Positions 41,804 through 54,328 of a stretch of DNA of 64,000 nucleotides are shown piece after piece. The stretch is from the NCBI RefSeq assembly GCF_009914755.1, contig NC_060927.1; one strand, written 5' to 3'. How positions within the stretch are numbered: position 1 is the stretch's first letter; the number at the start of each line of letters is the position of its first letter. A program made the translations under genes and the position numbers. The notes beneath the pieces are model-generated. The model did no database searches. It saw only the letters and a list, made by a program, of their open reading frames with translations, and was not told where the DNA came from. The stretch comes from the human T2T-CHM13v2.0 reference genome, Homo sapiens.

Positions 41804-42136
41804 TGTATTAGTCCATTCTCACACTGTTATAAAGATGCTACCTGAGACTGTGTAATTTATGAAGAAAAGAGGTTTAATTGACTCACAGTTCTAAATGGCT
41901 GGGAGGATCTCAGCATACTAACAATCATGGCAGAAGTGAAGGGGAAACAAGACACACCTTCACATGGCAGCAGGAGAGAGAGAGTGCGAAGTGGGAAATG
42001 CCACACTTTTGAACCGTCAGATCTCATGAGAACTCACTCACTATCACAAGAACAGCAAGGGGAAATCTGCCCCCACCAGGCCCCTCCCCTGACACATGGG
42101 GATTATAATTTGACATGAGATTTGGGTGGGGACACC
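41804..42136 (-). mobile_element. MST/THE1-type MaLR LTR (one end truncated)
   Basis: tgtattagtccattctc..ggtttaattgactcacagttc..gagatttgggtggggacac. Confidence 0.82.
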
Positions 42137-42149
42137 CACCTTCTTAAAG

Positions 42150-43323
42150 GTGTTGGGGAAATATAATTAAAAACAAAATCGCCTCTCAATCCAGATAACA
42201 ATTCCACAGAAATAGAAGAGAAAGAAAACACTTTTTATTATTGAACAAGCATTCAACCAGAATGTGATGGACATCGCAGGCAGTTTGCTAAAGGACTGCA
42301 AAGACGGAAAGAAAGCTCATCCCCCTATATAGTCAAGCACACACAACCCATTACATACACATGGTCAAGATAAACTATCATTATTTCTCAAGTAAGAAAA
42401 CTTGACAGGACCTTTTGTCACACATGGTTCATTCTAACTTTACCATGGTCATTGAGAAGACCACCTGCGTTGTCTAATTGGCTTTATCTGAAGAAGAAAC
42501 CACACTTCCTATATCTTTATGACAAGAGGTAGTTTTGCAGATTGTAAGAAAGTCTCCACTGAAATTAGGCTCTTACCCTCCCACAGGAACTGGGAGATAG
42601 GGGAGCTAACTCCCTCTATGCCACCTTGAGGTTACAGAAAGAATAGGGGCTCAGAGCATGGAAAAAAACTCATTATGGTGGTAAACCAGTTTATGGTGGC
42701 AAGATAGGTGTTTTGTTTTGTTTTGTTTGAGACAGGGTCTCACTCTGTTGCCCAGGCTGGAGTGCAGTGGTGCAATCTCAGCTCACCACAACCTCTGGCC
42801 TGTGGGCTCAAGTGACCCTCCCATCTCAGCCTCCTGAGTAGCTGGGACCACAGGTACATGCCACCACACCTGGCTAATTTTTCTATTTTTAGTATAGATG
42901 GGGTCTTGCCATGTTGCTCAGGCTGGAAGATAGGTGTTTGGTTTTTTTATTTTTATTTTTTAAATTTCAACTTGCAACATAGTTTGTGGGAGGAAGAGAA
43001 AAGGAGGCCTGACTAACAAAGGTGGTCTTATTATACAGATTAATCCTCAAAGGTAGCAGCACCGAGAGAGAATAGACAGTAAATGTTTCTTTACCATCTC
43101 TTAACCGGACTCTCAGTTAATTTCTCCTAAGTCCAGACTAGGGGGGTGCTTCCAAGAAAGTTTGTTGTATCTGCTGTTGACTTCACTTTATCTCTTCTAC
43201 AGGTGTAGATCTCCTGACAAAAGACAGCTTTGCAGGACTACTTCTGTCTGCAGGCCCTATGAACAGCCATCTCAAAATATATCAAAAGTATATTTTGGGA
43301 TGAAATATTTTGGTTCCCTTCAC
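42150..43323 (-). mobile_element. ERV1 LTR fragments (unassigned LTR ~42150-42620; MER39-like ~42620-43323)
   Basis: Reverse start TGTGAAGGGAACCAAAATATTTCATCCCAAAATATAC; homologous to 48832-49363. Confidence 0.6.
42714..42926 (-). mobile_element. 5'-truncated AluJ
   Basis: Perfect TSD aagataggtgttt (42701-42713 / 42927-42939). Confidence 0.88.
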
Positions 43324-43454
43324 AATACACTTTCTCCTTCCTGTGTGCCACTTGGATTCACAGCGAGAAAATTCTATATTTTCACATGTAGTTATCTCTC
43401 ACCCAGTGTATAGGCATCCTGGGAAACAGGATGAGGCAGTGTAAAGTAGTACTT

Positions 43455-43710
43455 CTAGGGTGACCAAGGTCCCAGTTTGCCTGAGACTATCCAGTTTTAG
43501 CACTGACTTTCCCCAGATCCATTCTATTAGAATCTTCATATTAACAGGATCCCCAGAGTTCATTAAGCCCATTAAAATTTGAGAAACTGTTGTAGGGTGA
43601 ACAATTACCTTGGTTTGCTCTGGACTGTAGGGGAATCTTGTTAATATGCAGATTCTAATAGAATGGGTCTGGGATAGGGCCACATTTTGAGCAGCAAGGA
43701 TTTAAACTAC
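43455..43710. mobile_element. hAT DNA-transposon fragments (MER81-like then MER5-like)
   Basis: tagggtgaccaaggtcccagtttgcctgagact; atgcagattct..gggtctgggatagggccacattttgag. Confidence 0.55.
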
Positions 43711-44179
43711 AACATCTGTGTTTTGTTTTCTTTTGTTTTCCCCAGATGTCTATGTTCCTTCTCTTTGGGGCCTACTACTGAGTAGGAGCCTCCTTGCTAG
43801 ATTTTATGTAACAGTGAGTTTTCTGTATTCCATGAGCCCGTTGTCCATCACTGCAATTTAGCTTTTTCCAGAATCTCCTCCAACCTGTCAGATATACCAT
43901 TTGCAATCCCTGGTAGTAGGCATTGCTGATTTCCCACTCAACATCCATCTCTTACGTCTTTCCTCCTACAGAGACTGTGAGATGAATAAAAATGGATCCT
44001 AGAGGTTTTTAGATACCGTGTTTGCTAGTCCTTATCTCTGTAAGTTAGTTAAGAGCAGAGACTATTACTCATCCCTGATGCTGACAACATGAAGCATAAT
44101 TCCCTGCTTAGAGTAGTCATTCCATAAATGCTTGTTGGCCCCTCTTCTGGTCTCACTTTCCACTCCTAAAACATTATTA

Positions 44180-44324
<145 letters not shown>

Positions 44325-44925
44325 TAATTAGTGTTTGGAATCTTCTAGAAAGTAGAAAAATGATATTAGCAAAGGCATCTAGAAGTTGTAGGGACATGGA
44401 ATTTAGAACTAATATTGACAGTGGCTGTGTATATCCACGGGCTACATATTTACCATAAGCCATTATTGTTTGTCTTAAACAGCAAATGCCTTTTAGGTAC
44501 ATGGCATTATGACATGTATTCACTTATTGAGGTTAACCCCCCAAAATAGCTTGTAGGGTAAATACGTCAGTAGACATTGAAAAGATAGTGTTAACCTAGG
44601 AGAGTGATCGTCTTTCTTGTAAGGGTTTTTACAAAAATTTGGTGGCAGGTCCACCAGAGGTTGATGAAAAAGAAGAGATGGGTTAGATCTGTGGACACAG
44701 GTGCAGCAGACACAAAAGTGGCTGGCTTGAGAGCAGCCAACAAGCACATCCTCACCACAAACAGTGGACTGGAAAAACAGTAGAACAGCAATTTACAAAC
44801 ATGCATATGGTAGACAATTTCCTTCAAACAAGCGGCAAGCAAATTAAAACTGTGTTATGGCAAGATAAACTGCATTTTATTTTTCCTTAATGATGTCTTT
44901 GCAGAGAGGGAAAAAAGTGAAGAGG

Positions 44926-45250
44926 TGTTTTGTTTGTTTGTTTGTTTGTTTGTTTGTTTTAGATAGAGTTTTGTTCCTGTTGCTCAGGCTGGAGTGCAGT
45001 GCAGTGGCACGACCTTGGCTCACTGCAACTTCCGCCTCCCATGTTCAAGCGATTCTCCATTCTTCTGCCTCAGCCTCCTGAGTAGCTGGGACAGGCGCCC
45101 ACCACCATGCCCGGCTAATTTTGTATTTTTAGTAAAGACTGGGTTTCTCCATGTTGGTCAGGTTAGTCTCAAACTCTCGACCTCAGGTGATACGCCCTCC
45201 CCGGCCTCCCAAAGTGCTAGGATTACAGGCGTGAGCCACTGCGCCCGGCC
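44926..45250 (-). mobile_element. AluS (Sp/Sq-like) with (TTTG)n tail
   Basis: Full reverse dimer; imperfect TSD gaagaggtgttt / gaagagggtttt. Confidence 0.9.
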
Positions 45251-45599
45251 AAGAAGAGGGTTTTAAGGGAAAGGTTGAGGACCAACCTTTGGTAAAATAG
45301 ATGTTTAGATAAACCTCTCATGGTATAACCCACCTAAAATTCAATGTATGGATGAGATTGGAAAGTAAAGAAGGCCAGACGTGAAAGACGGTGTGGATCT
45401 TCCGGGACAGTTTTGTCATTGTGTGACCTCTCACCATGGGTGACCTAAGATTGGGCTCCTAACTGGAGCCAAAGCTGGAGCCTGAGCAGAGTGGGGACTG
45501 GGGTTGCAGACGACCACACAAACCTAAATTCTCCGATGGGGAAGATCTCCACAACTTGCAGAGGGAAGTAATGGACAACAGGCTTGATTCTGGGTAGAG

Positions 45600-48190
45600 C
45601 AGAAAATACAGAAAAGAAAACAAAAGTTTCTTCTCACAATTCCTAAACCTGGGCAGTGTTCAAATGAGTTGGAGGCCTGAGTTTACCCTACCATGTGGCA
45701 CCAAAAAAATCCAAGCCAAAAACTGAGTTTAAAGTGTGGTCCTAGGGTGACAGGGCCTCTTGATGGCTAGAAGGAGCAAATACAAGTCTTCTGAAGAAAA
45801 GCATTTTAAACTCAGGCAGCAAAGAATTTCTACACAGAATCCTCAAGGAAAATGACCTCACATGCAGAAAGCACTGTCCACATGGGTTAGTTTATATGGG
45901 AATTAGCAAAACCAACAAGCTCCCACGTCTTATCCATGAGAATGGCAGATATTAGAGTTACCGGAAACAGAATATAAAATAGATATCATTAAAATTCCTA
46001 AAGTAAAAAAAGCGTAATTAAAATAAGAAAAGTAAAGATTATGAAGTTTGACCAGGTGGAATTGAAGATCTTAATTATGAATTTTATTTATTAAAAATAT
46101 AAAATTGGCATTAGAAGATTAATGGATGGGTTAAATAGTGTATTAGGCACAGCAGAAGGAAGAGTTACTAAACTGTAAGACAGACTTGATGAAGTGATAG
46201 AAAGAATAGAGAGGCAAAAAAATTAACATTTAAAAAAATGTAGACACACAGAGGCTGGAGTACATGTCTCTAATGTACTTAGCAGAATTTCAAGAGAATG
46301 GATAGAATGGAAGACAGAAAATATTTGAGAGGGTAATGGCTGAAATTTTCTGGAATTAATAAGGACTTAGATTCAGAAAGCCTAATAAATCCCAAGCAGA
46401 ATAAATGAAAAGAAATTCACACTGAAACACACTGTAGAGAAACTGTAGAACACAAACAAATCTTAAAAGCAGTTGAGAAAAAAATATTACCTACAAAACT
46501 GGTAATTTACTTTTCAACTGCAACAGTTGAAATCAGAAGACATGTCTTCAAAGTACTGAGAGAAAATAATTGTCAAAATAATTTTGTATGTGTAACGACA
46601 TCATCCATCAAGAACAATTGAGAAATAGAGACATTTTCAACAAACAAAAACTGAATTTACTTCCAGCAAACTCTCATAGAAGAAAATCTAGGTAATGTTC
46701 TTCAGAGAAAAAAAAAAAAAGAATCCCAGAATTAAGTTCTGAGAAATGAAAGGAATACCAAACAAAGTGTAGACTTGTGTGGCTAAAACTAAACAGATAT
46801 TGACTGTAAAAGAAATTAACAATGTCGTTCAATTTGTAGTGTTAAAAAAAATCAAGACAAAACTCATATCTTAAACAGCAATGGCATGTAAAGTAAACAG
46901 GGTGATTGCCTCAGGCCATTTCACTTTCCTTTTGTTGTTCAGAAGACAAATATGCTAAGACCATTTACTTTGGACAATATTATGTTAAATGGACATGTAA
47001 AATTTTAAGGGTAGCTGGAATAGTGGAATGTAAAACTCCTAAACTGGTGGAGGAAAATAAGTTGAATGGAGTGGGAACCAGGGACACAATCAATCCAAAA
47101 CATGAAAAAAGAATTAAAAGAAACAGTAAAAAGAAGAACAAATGGAAATTATGAAACAAGATGAAAGAAATCAACGTTATTGAACCCCCAAATTTAGGTT
47201 CATGTACCTGATACATGGTAAGCCAAACACTGGCAGATCAGCGCTCAGGAGCAGAGAAAGGTTTGTTTGATTTGGCCAAAGTGAGAAGGCAGGAGAAGCA
47301 GTCTTTCAAATCTGATCTGCCTTTCAACATAACTGAAGGCTTTTATGAGTAAGATAGGGATACGGGAAATGGGACCCCCTGATGACCAAAGTTGTTTGCA
47401 TCCCTTGGACTCTAGATTTCATCGGTCCTGATTAAATTTCTGGATGCTATCAAGGAGGTCTGCATGACCTAAGGATCGTTGTTCTTGTAAAGAAAAACAA
47501 GTTCATCAATCTTGTGGGCAGCGCAAGGAGTCAGAATATGAAGTTAATCAATGACCAGTGACTACCCTCTACCAATGTGACTACGTGCAAGCAATCATGC
47601 ATGGAGGAAGAAGAGGGCAAGGAAAAAGGAAAATAAGTAAAACAAACATCTTATGACCTTTATAATAAAAGCTCAGTTGCATTAACTTACACATATCAGT
47701 TATCACAATCAATGAGAGTGAAATAAACTCCAGTTAGAAGACAGGAATATTCAGAGTGGATTTAAAAGCAAACTTACAAACTTAGCTATATGGTGTTTAC
47801 AAAAGACATAACTAAAACACAAAGGCATAAAGACATTAAAATAAGCAGATGGAAAAATAAATTCTAGGGAAATGTCAAAACGGTAGACTTTATATTAAAA
47901 GTATTGCCAGAGATAAAGAGGTTTCTTAAATATTTTGAAAACTACAGATCTCCACAAAGATAATTCTGACCTTTTAAGCATTGAAAAACATGTATTCAAC
48001 ATCCAGCAACAGGAAAGTACTTGTTTTTGATCTCACATAGAATCTTGCAGAAAATTGGCCTCATGTTAGACCAGAGAGGTCTCAATACAATTCTCATGAG
48101 TTTTTGGGTTACATTCTCTGATCACAGTGCAAATAAGTTTGACATCTATATTAAGAAAGTGGATTTTTGGAAGCAGAAATTCTTCTAACA
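45600..48190 (+). mobile_element. Old L1M 5' region (ORF1 and start of ORF2 remnants), interrupted by an unassigned LTR at ~47177-47680
   Basis: aatatttgagagggtaatggctgaaatttt..agattcagaaagcc..cccaagcagaataaat (ORF1-like); endonuclease-like text from ~47690. Confidence 0.65.
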
Positions 48191-48195
48191 ACATG

Positions 48196-49363
48196 TGTAA
48201 GGGCTAAGAGAAAATGTCCCCTTCACCCTAAGATTCACTGAAAAATCAGCTGAAAAGAGGCAGATTAATAGAAGTGTAAACCAAACATCTTTGGAGAAAT
48301 ATTTCAACCTTTAAAGGAGAAACGGTGGATATTGGGAAGGAGGAAGAAATTTTTAAAGGTATGGGTAGGTAAGAGACAAATGGTTGTGTTCTTTTGAGTC
48401 TTTGATCAGGCTTTTATTGAATACACAATTTTCCTGTGAGTGGGGGTAGAGGAATAGTCACTTCCGCCTTAGTCTGGCTCAGTGAATCTGCTTTTTTACA
48501 TCATAGGAATCAATCAGATGCCCTTTTGTCTCAGGTGAGCAGAGAGATGACTTAGAGTTCTGTCTTTTGTCCCACACCTGTGAAGATAAGCTATCAATTT
48601 ACATTGTCAGGGTAAAATTCAACAGAACCATTTTAGGGTAAAGATTTGAGGCCCACAAGGAATTTTCTAGTGGGCAAATTGTGACGGAGGTATGTAGCTT
48701 TTTACAATCTTTACACCTATCTTATTTAGGAATGGGAGGCATAATGGGAGGTTTGCCCCACACAATTCCCAGCTCCACTTTTCCCTTTGACTTAGTGATT
48801 TTGGGGTGCTGAGACTTATTTTCCTTTCACAGGATAAATGGCATACAAATTTATTAACATGCAAAGAGGGGAAATCAGTGATTATCCCAGTCTCCCAGTG
48901 GGGTACAGAAGCTTATAAACCATCTTGAGGCTACAGATAGAATGGGGACTCAGTGCATGGCCAAAAACAGGTTATGGTGGAAAATCAGGTTATGGTTTGG
49001 CAGTACAGGTTATGAGAGAGAAAGACAGAGACAGAGAGAAAGAGAGAGAGAGAGAGGTGAGAGAGAGGCTTGGCTAGCAAAGGTGGTCTTCTTACGGAGA
49101 TAGAACCTTGCAGGTAGCAGCGATGGTAAGCGTTTCTTTCAGAATTTTAAAGGTTTCAGACTCTAAATTAATTTTTTTTTACCTGGACAAGGGAGGGCTC
49201 CAAAGAAAGCCCAGCTGCATCAGTGCAGATTGTCTACAGGTGCAAATCTCCACCACAGAAGACAGCTTTGCAGGGCTACTGCTGTTTGCTGGCCCTCTGA
49301 AGGGTCATCTCAAAATATGTCAAAGAAGTATGTTTGGGGGTGAAATATTTTTATTTCATCCAC
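48196..49363 (-). mobile_element. MER39-like ERV1 LTR interrupted by a MER4 LTR
   Basis: TG..CA termini; homologous to 42620-43323. Confidence 0.65.
48275..48831 (-). mobile_element. MER4-family solo LTR
   Basis: Reverse start TGTGAAAGGAAAATAAGTCTCAGCACCCCAAAATCACTAAGTCAAAGGGAAAAGT, homologous to the start of 16385-16832. Confidence 0.8.
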
Positions 49364-49799
49364 ACATGTATTTCAAATCTTTATTTTAGGTTTTGCTGAT
49401 TGGCAATTTTGATAAATTTATATCTCATCATTTTCTGGAACACTCTGCTTTATGTTTTATTTTCTTGAACCAAAATATTTGGTTGAAGCGTCAGTGTTTC
49501 ATAAATTGATTCTCAAGTGCCATATAGCATGCGTATGTGCACACTCACTCTTTGGTTGTTTGATAGAATTCAATTTTAAAAAGAAGCTAAATTCAAAAAA
49601 TCGGTTTTTAGTGTTAGCCTGGGCATAAAGGACTCTGTCAATAATTAAAATCCATTTTTAAAAAGCCTCAACCAAAAAAAAACTTTTATGTAATTATGTT
49701 TTAAGTATCAGTAGTGTATTGATTATGGTAATTTAAAAAACCTATGGTTATTAATCATTATGACAGAGTTATTTTGCTTTTTAAAAAAACTTTATTGAC

Positions 49800-50524
49800 T
49801 TAACAGGAAGAGGCTGAGATACAAAATATAATTTAAAGAGTTTCACTTTGGGAGGCCGAGGAGGGCAGATCACAAGGTCAGGAGTTCAAAACCAGCCTGG
49901 CCAACATGGTGAAACCCCGGCTCTACTAAAAATACAAAACTTAGCTGGGCATGGTGGCACATGCCTGTAATTCCAGCTACTTAGGAGGCTGAGGCAGAAG
50001 AATTGCTTGAACGGACACCTGGGAGGTGAAGGTTACAGTGAACCAAGATCGCACCACTGCACTCCAGCTCCAGCCTGGGCTACAGAGTGAGACTCCATAT
50101 CAAAAAAAAAAAAAAAAAAAAAAAAAGTTAAAGAGTGTACTTGAGCCAAAATAAGGACAGCTGCCCTGACGACTCAGATCTAAATAACCTTGGATGTGAA
50201 GAATGTTTTGCCTTTGTAACAAGTGGGTTTTAAAAGGGAAAAATGGAGTGGGTTGATACAAAGTTATTTGTCAGGAATTCTCATTGGTTTACAGAAATAA
50301 CAATGATTAGTGATCGGCTATATACATTGTTAAGCTACAAGGTTATAGTGGATTAGTGTCTGTGTGGCATTATTAGGTTAATTTATATTCATGGCAATAG
50401 CAAGCAGTCAAGAGATGAATATGTAGCTCAAGTGGGAGGCAGGATGTGATTGTTTTAATGACTCTCTGGGCCTGATCATTTAAAAGCTTTGCATTCCTTG
50501 GATAAAATTTCTTTTCTTTTCTCA
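49800..50524 (-). mobile_element. Unassigned ERV1-like solo LTR interrupted by an Alu
   Basis: Reverse start TGAGAAAAAGAAAAGAAATTTTATCCAAGGAATGC; collinear across the Alu TSD ttaaagagt. Confidence 0.5.
49844..50126 (+). mobile_element. 5'-truncated AluS (Sg-like) with long poly(A)
   Basis: Starts cactttgggaggccgag; ~25-nt A tail; TSD ttaaagagt. Confidence 0.9.
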
Positions 50525-52163
50525 GTTTGGGCTTGGGATATCCCAAGATGGTTCAGATGATCTCAAAGGACATAAATGTAACTTAATTTTAAGTAATTTT
50601 CATAGAAATTATAATATATAGAATTAATTTAGAAAAGATAGGATTCATAAGTCTGGTTATAATAAAAATGTAATTATTAAAAACTCCATTAAGGCAGACA
50701 CCAAGCCTTTTTTTTTTTTTTTTACCACTTTCATAGTAACCAGCACATAGTAGATATTCAACAATTTTTTTTTGAATGAAAATAAAGATAATGTGAATGC
50801 AGGTTGATAACTGAATGGTTAAAAAGCCAGAAATAAAAAGCCTGCATCTAATGTGAAGAAAAAGGCACTCATAGTCATCATTTTATTTCACTCCATCAAC
50901 CTCTATTGAGTGCGTACTATGTGCCAAAAATTGTTCTAGATGTTGTGTGATATATTTGTGAATAACAGGCTTGATTCTTAGCAGCGTAGACCTTACTGTC
51001 TGTTTAGGGGGATACAACTTGGAAATAGAAGGTTGATCAGGAGTATCCAAGCTCCTAAACAGTGTGATAAGGAATGGGGAACTCAGCTCATCTTTTTCTG
51101 TAGACATTTTAAAATGGAGCTTTGATTTTACCAAAAATTTGACCACTTATGATCATTCTTTAATATTCACAGTTGACACAATATCCATCATCCTATTTGA
51201 AGCAGAAAGACCAAGTATTATCATTAATTTACAAACAAGAAAAATGAAGTCCACAGTGGGTAAATTATACAATTAGAACACAGGTTTCCTGAATCCAAGT
51301 TATTGGAGATAAAGGAGATTTAGCCTTCTTTTTATTGGGTTTTGGTGTTCATTTTTAGCAAATACTTGAATAAAAAGAATAATCACAATCTCCTTTTTGG
51401 TCATGTTCAAAATATCAAACTATGTGTTTTTAGCAAATACTAGTTCTGGGTGAACGTTCGAAATTTTCACTTTTTGTTTAAGCATTCGTTATTAGCTCTA
51501 GAGATACAATCAGAAGGTCCTCAGTTATAGGAGCAGGAGTCCTTGGAAACAACGCTGGTTGGACATTATATTAGTCGACTGCAAACATCGTGAAGCTAAA
51601 CTTTTTATTATTTATCTCATGTTCCTAGTGTCCTGCACTTAGTCCTCACAGATGAAAACGGGGTCAGCAATAAGAGCTGTCAGTCCTCCATGCCTTTCTG
51701 ACTGCCACTCCCTTAGCCCAAGCCCTTGTGACCTTGCAGCTTAAATTATTTTCCAAAAGCAATTCTGTCATTCTTTGGCTCAGAAACTTAGTTCAGACTG
51801 CTATAGCAAAACCACCATAGACTGGGTGACTTGAACAGCAAACATTTATTTCTCAGGTTTGAAGCCTGGGAAGTCCAATATCAAGGTGCTGGCAGATCTG
51901 GTGTCTGGTGAGGGCACTCTTCCTAGTTTGTAGATAGCCATCTCTCATTGTATCCTCAGGTGGCAGAGGGCAGAGAGGGAAAGAGGAGGCACTCATGTGT
52001 CTTCTTATGAGGGCACTAATCCAATTCAAGAGGGCCCCACACTCATTATCTAATTTCTTCCCAAAGGCCCCACCTCTTAATATCACAACACTAGAGGTTA
52101 GGATTTCAACATGTGAATTTTGAAGGGACATGTATTAGGGTTCTCTAGAGGAACAGAACTAAT

Positions 52164-54328
52164 GGGGGAGGTTCCAAGATGGCCGAATAGGAACAGCTCC
52201 AGTCTACAGCTCCCAGGGTGAGCAATGCAGAAGACAGGTGATTTCTGTATTTCCAACTGAGGTACCAGATTCATCTCACTGGGGCTTGTTGGACAGTGGA
52301 TGCAGCACACTGAGCAGGGCTGGGCGTCACCTCACCTGGGAAGTGCAAGGGGTTGGGGGAATTCCCTTTCCTAGCCAAGGGAAACCATGACAGATTGTAC
52401 CTGGAAAATAGGGACACTCCCACCCTAATACTGTGCTTTTCCAATGGGCTTAGCAAATGGCACACCAGGAGATTATATCCTGCGCCTGGCTCAGAGGGTC
52501 CCACACCCACAGATCCTCACTCACTGCTAGCACAGCAGTCTGAGATCGAACTGCAAGGCAGCAGCGAGGCTGGGGGAGGGGCGTCCGCCATTGCTGAGGC
52601 TTGAGTAGGTAAACAAAGTGGCTGGGAAGCTTGAACTGGGTGGAGCCCACTGCAGCTCAAGGAGGCCTGACTGCCTGCCTCTGTAGACTCCCCCTCTGGG
52701 GGCAGGGCATAGCCAAACAAAAGGCAGCAGAAACTCCTGCAGACTTAAATGTCCCTGTCTGACAGCTTTGAAAAGAGTAGTGGTTCTCCCAGCATGGAGT
52801 TTGAGAGCTGAGAACGGACAGACTGCCTCCTCAAGTGGGTCCGTGACCCCTGAGTAGCCTAACTGGGAGACACCTCCCAGTAGGGGCCGACTGACACCTC
52901 ATACAGCCGGGTGCCCCTCTGAGAGGAAGCTTCCAAAGGAAGGATCAGGCAGCAACATCTGCCATTCTGCAATATTTCCTGTTCTGCAGCCTCCGCTGGT
53001 GATACCCAGGCAAACAGGGTCTGGAGTGGACCTCTAGCAAACTCCAACAGACCTGCAGCTGAGGGTCCTGACTGTTAGAAGGAAAACTAACAAACCGAAA
53101 GGACATCCACACCAAAACCCCATCTGTATGTCACCATCATCAAAAACCAAAGGTAGATAAAAACACAAAGATGGGGAGAAACCAGAGCAGAAAAGTTGAA
53201 AATTCTAAAAATCAGAGCACCTCTTCTCCTCCAAAGGAACACAGCTCCTTGCCAGCAATGGAACAAAGCTGGATGGAGAATGACTTTGATGAGTTGAGAG
53301 AAGAAGGCTTCAGATGATCAGTAATAACAAACTTCTCCGAGCTCAAGGAGGATGTTCGAACCCATCGCAAAGAAGCTAAAAACCTAGAAAAAAGATTAGA
53401 CGAATGGCTAACTAGAATAAGCAGTGTAGGGAAGTCCTTAAATGACCTGACGGAGCTGAAAACCATGGCACGAGAACTACGTGACACATGCACAAGCTGC
53501 AGTAGCTGATTTGATCAAGTGGAAGAAAGGGTATCAGTGATTGAAGATCAAATGAATGAAATGAAGCGAGAAGAGAAGTTTAGAGAAAAAAGAGTAAAAA
53601 GAAACAAACAAAGCCTCCAAGAAATATGGGACTATGTGAAAAGACCAAATCTATGTCTGATTGGTGTACCTGAAAGTGACGGGGAGAATGGAACCCAGCT
53701 GGAAAACACTCTTCAGGATATTATCCAGGAGAACTTCCCCAACCTAGCAAGGCAGGCCAACATTCAAATTCAGGAAATACAGAGAACACCACAAAGATAC
53801 TCCTTGAGAAGAGCAACTCCAAGACACATAATTGTCAGATTCACCAAAGTTGAAATGAAGGAAAAAATATTAAGGGCAGCCAGAGAGAAAGGTCGGGTTA
53901 CCCACAAAGGGAAGCCCATCAGACTAACAGTGGATCTCTTGGCAGAAACTCTACAAGCCAGAAGAGAGTGGGGGCCAATATTCAACACTCTTAAAGAAAA
54001 GAATTTTCAAGCCAGGATTTCATATCCAGCCAAATTAAGCTTCATAAGTGTAGGAGAAATAAAATCCTTTACAGACAAACAAATGCTGAGAGATTTTGTC
54101 ACTACCAGGCCTGCCTTACAAGAGCTCCTGAAGGAAGCACTAGACATGGAAAGCAAAAACCAGTACCAGCCAGTGCAAAAACATGCCAAATTGTAAAGAC
54201 CATCTATGCTAGGAAGAAACTGCATCAACTAATGAGCAAAATAACCAGCTAACATCATAATGACAGGATCAAATTCACACATAACAATATTAACCTTAAA
54301 TGTAAATGGGCTAAATGTTCCAATTAAA
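52164..54328 (+). mobile_element. L1PA (about PA5-PA6) 5' UTR + ORF1 + first ~70 nt of ORF2; 3'-truncated with TSD
   Basis: Starts gggggaggttccaagatggccgaatagg; ends ..ccaattaaa; TSD agaggaacagaactaa (52147-52162) / agaggagcagaactaa (54329-54344). Confidence 0.93.
53171..54196 (+). pseudogene. L1 ORF1p, full-length frame with two premature TGA stops
   Basis: MGRNQSRK...EIWDYVKRPNL...ARREWGPIF...YPAKLSF...HAKL*; TGA at 53315-53317 and 53507-53509; no frameshift. Confidence 0.92.

Noticed and set aside
53519-54196. 225-aa ORF as an intact or domesticated gene
   Set aside because: C-terminal part of L1 ORF1 starting at GTG after two premature stops; no sign of selection visible.
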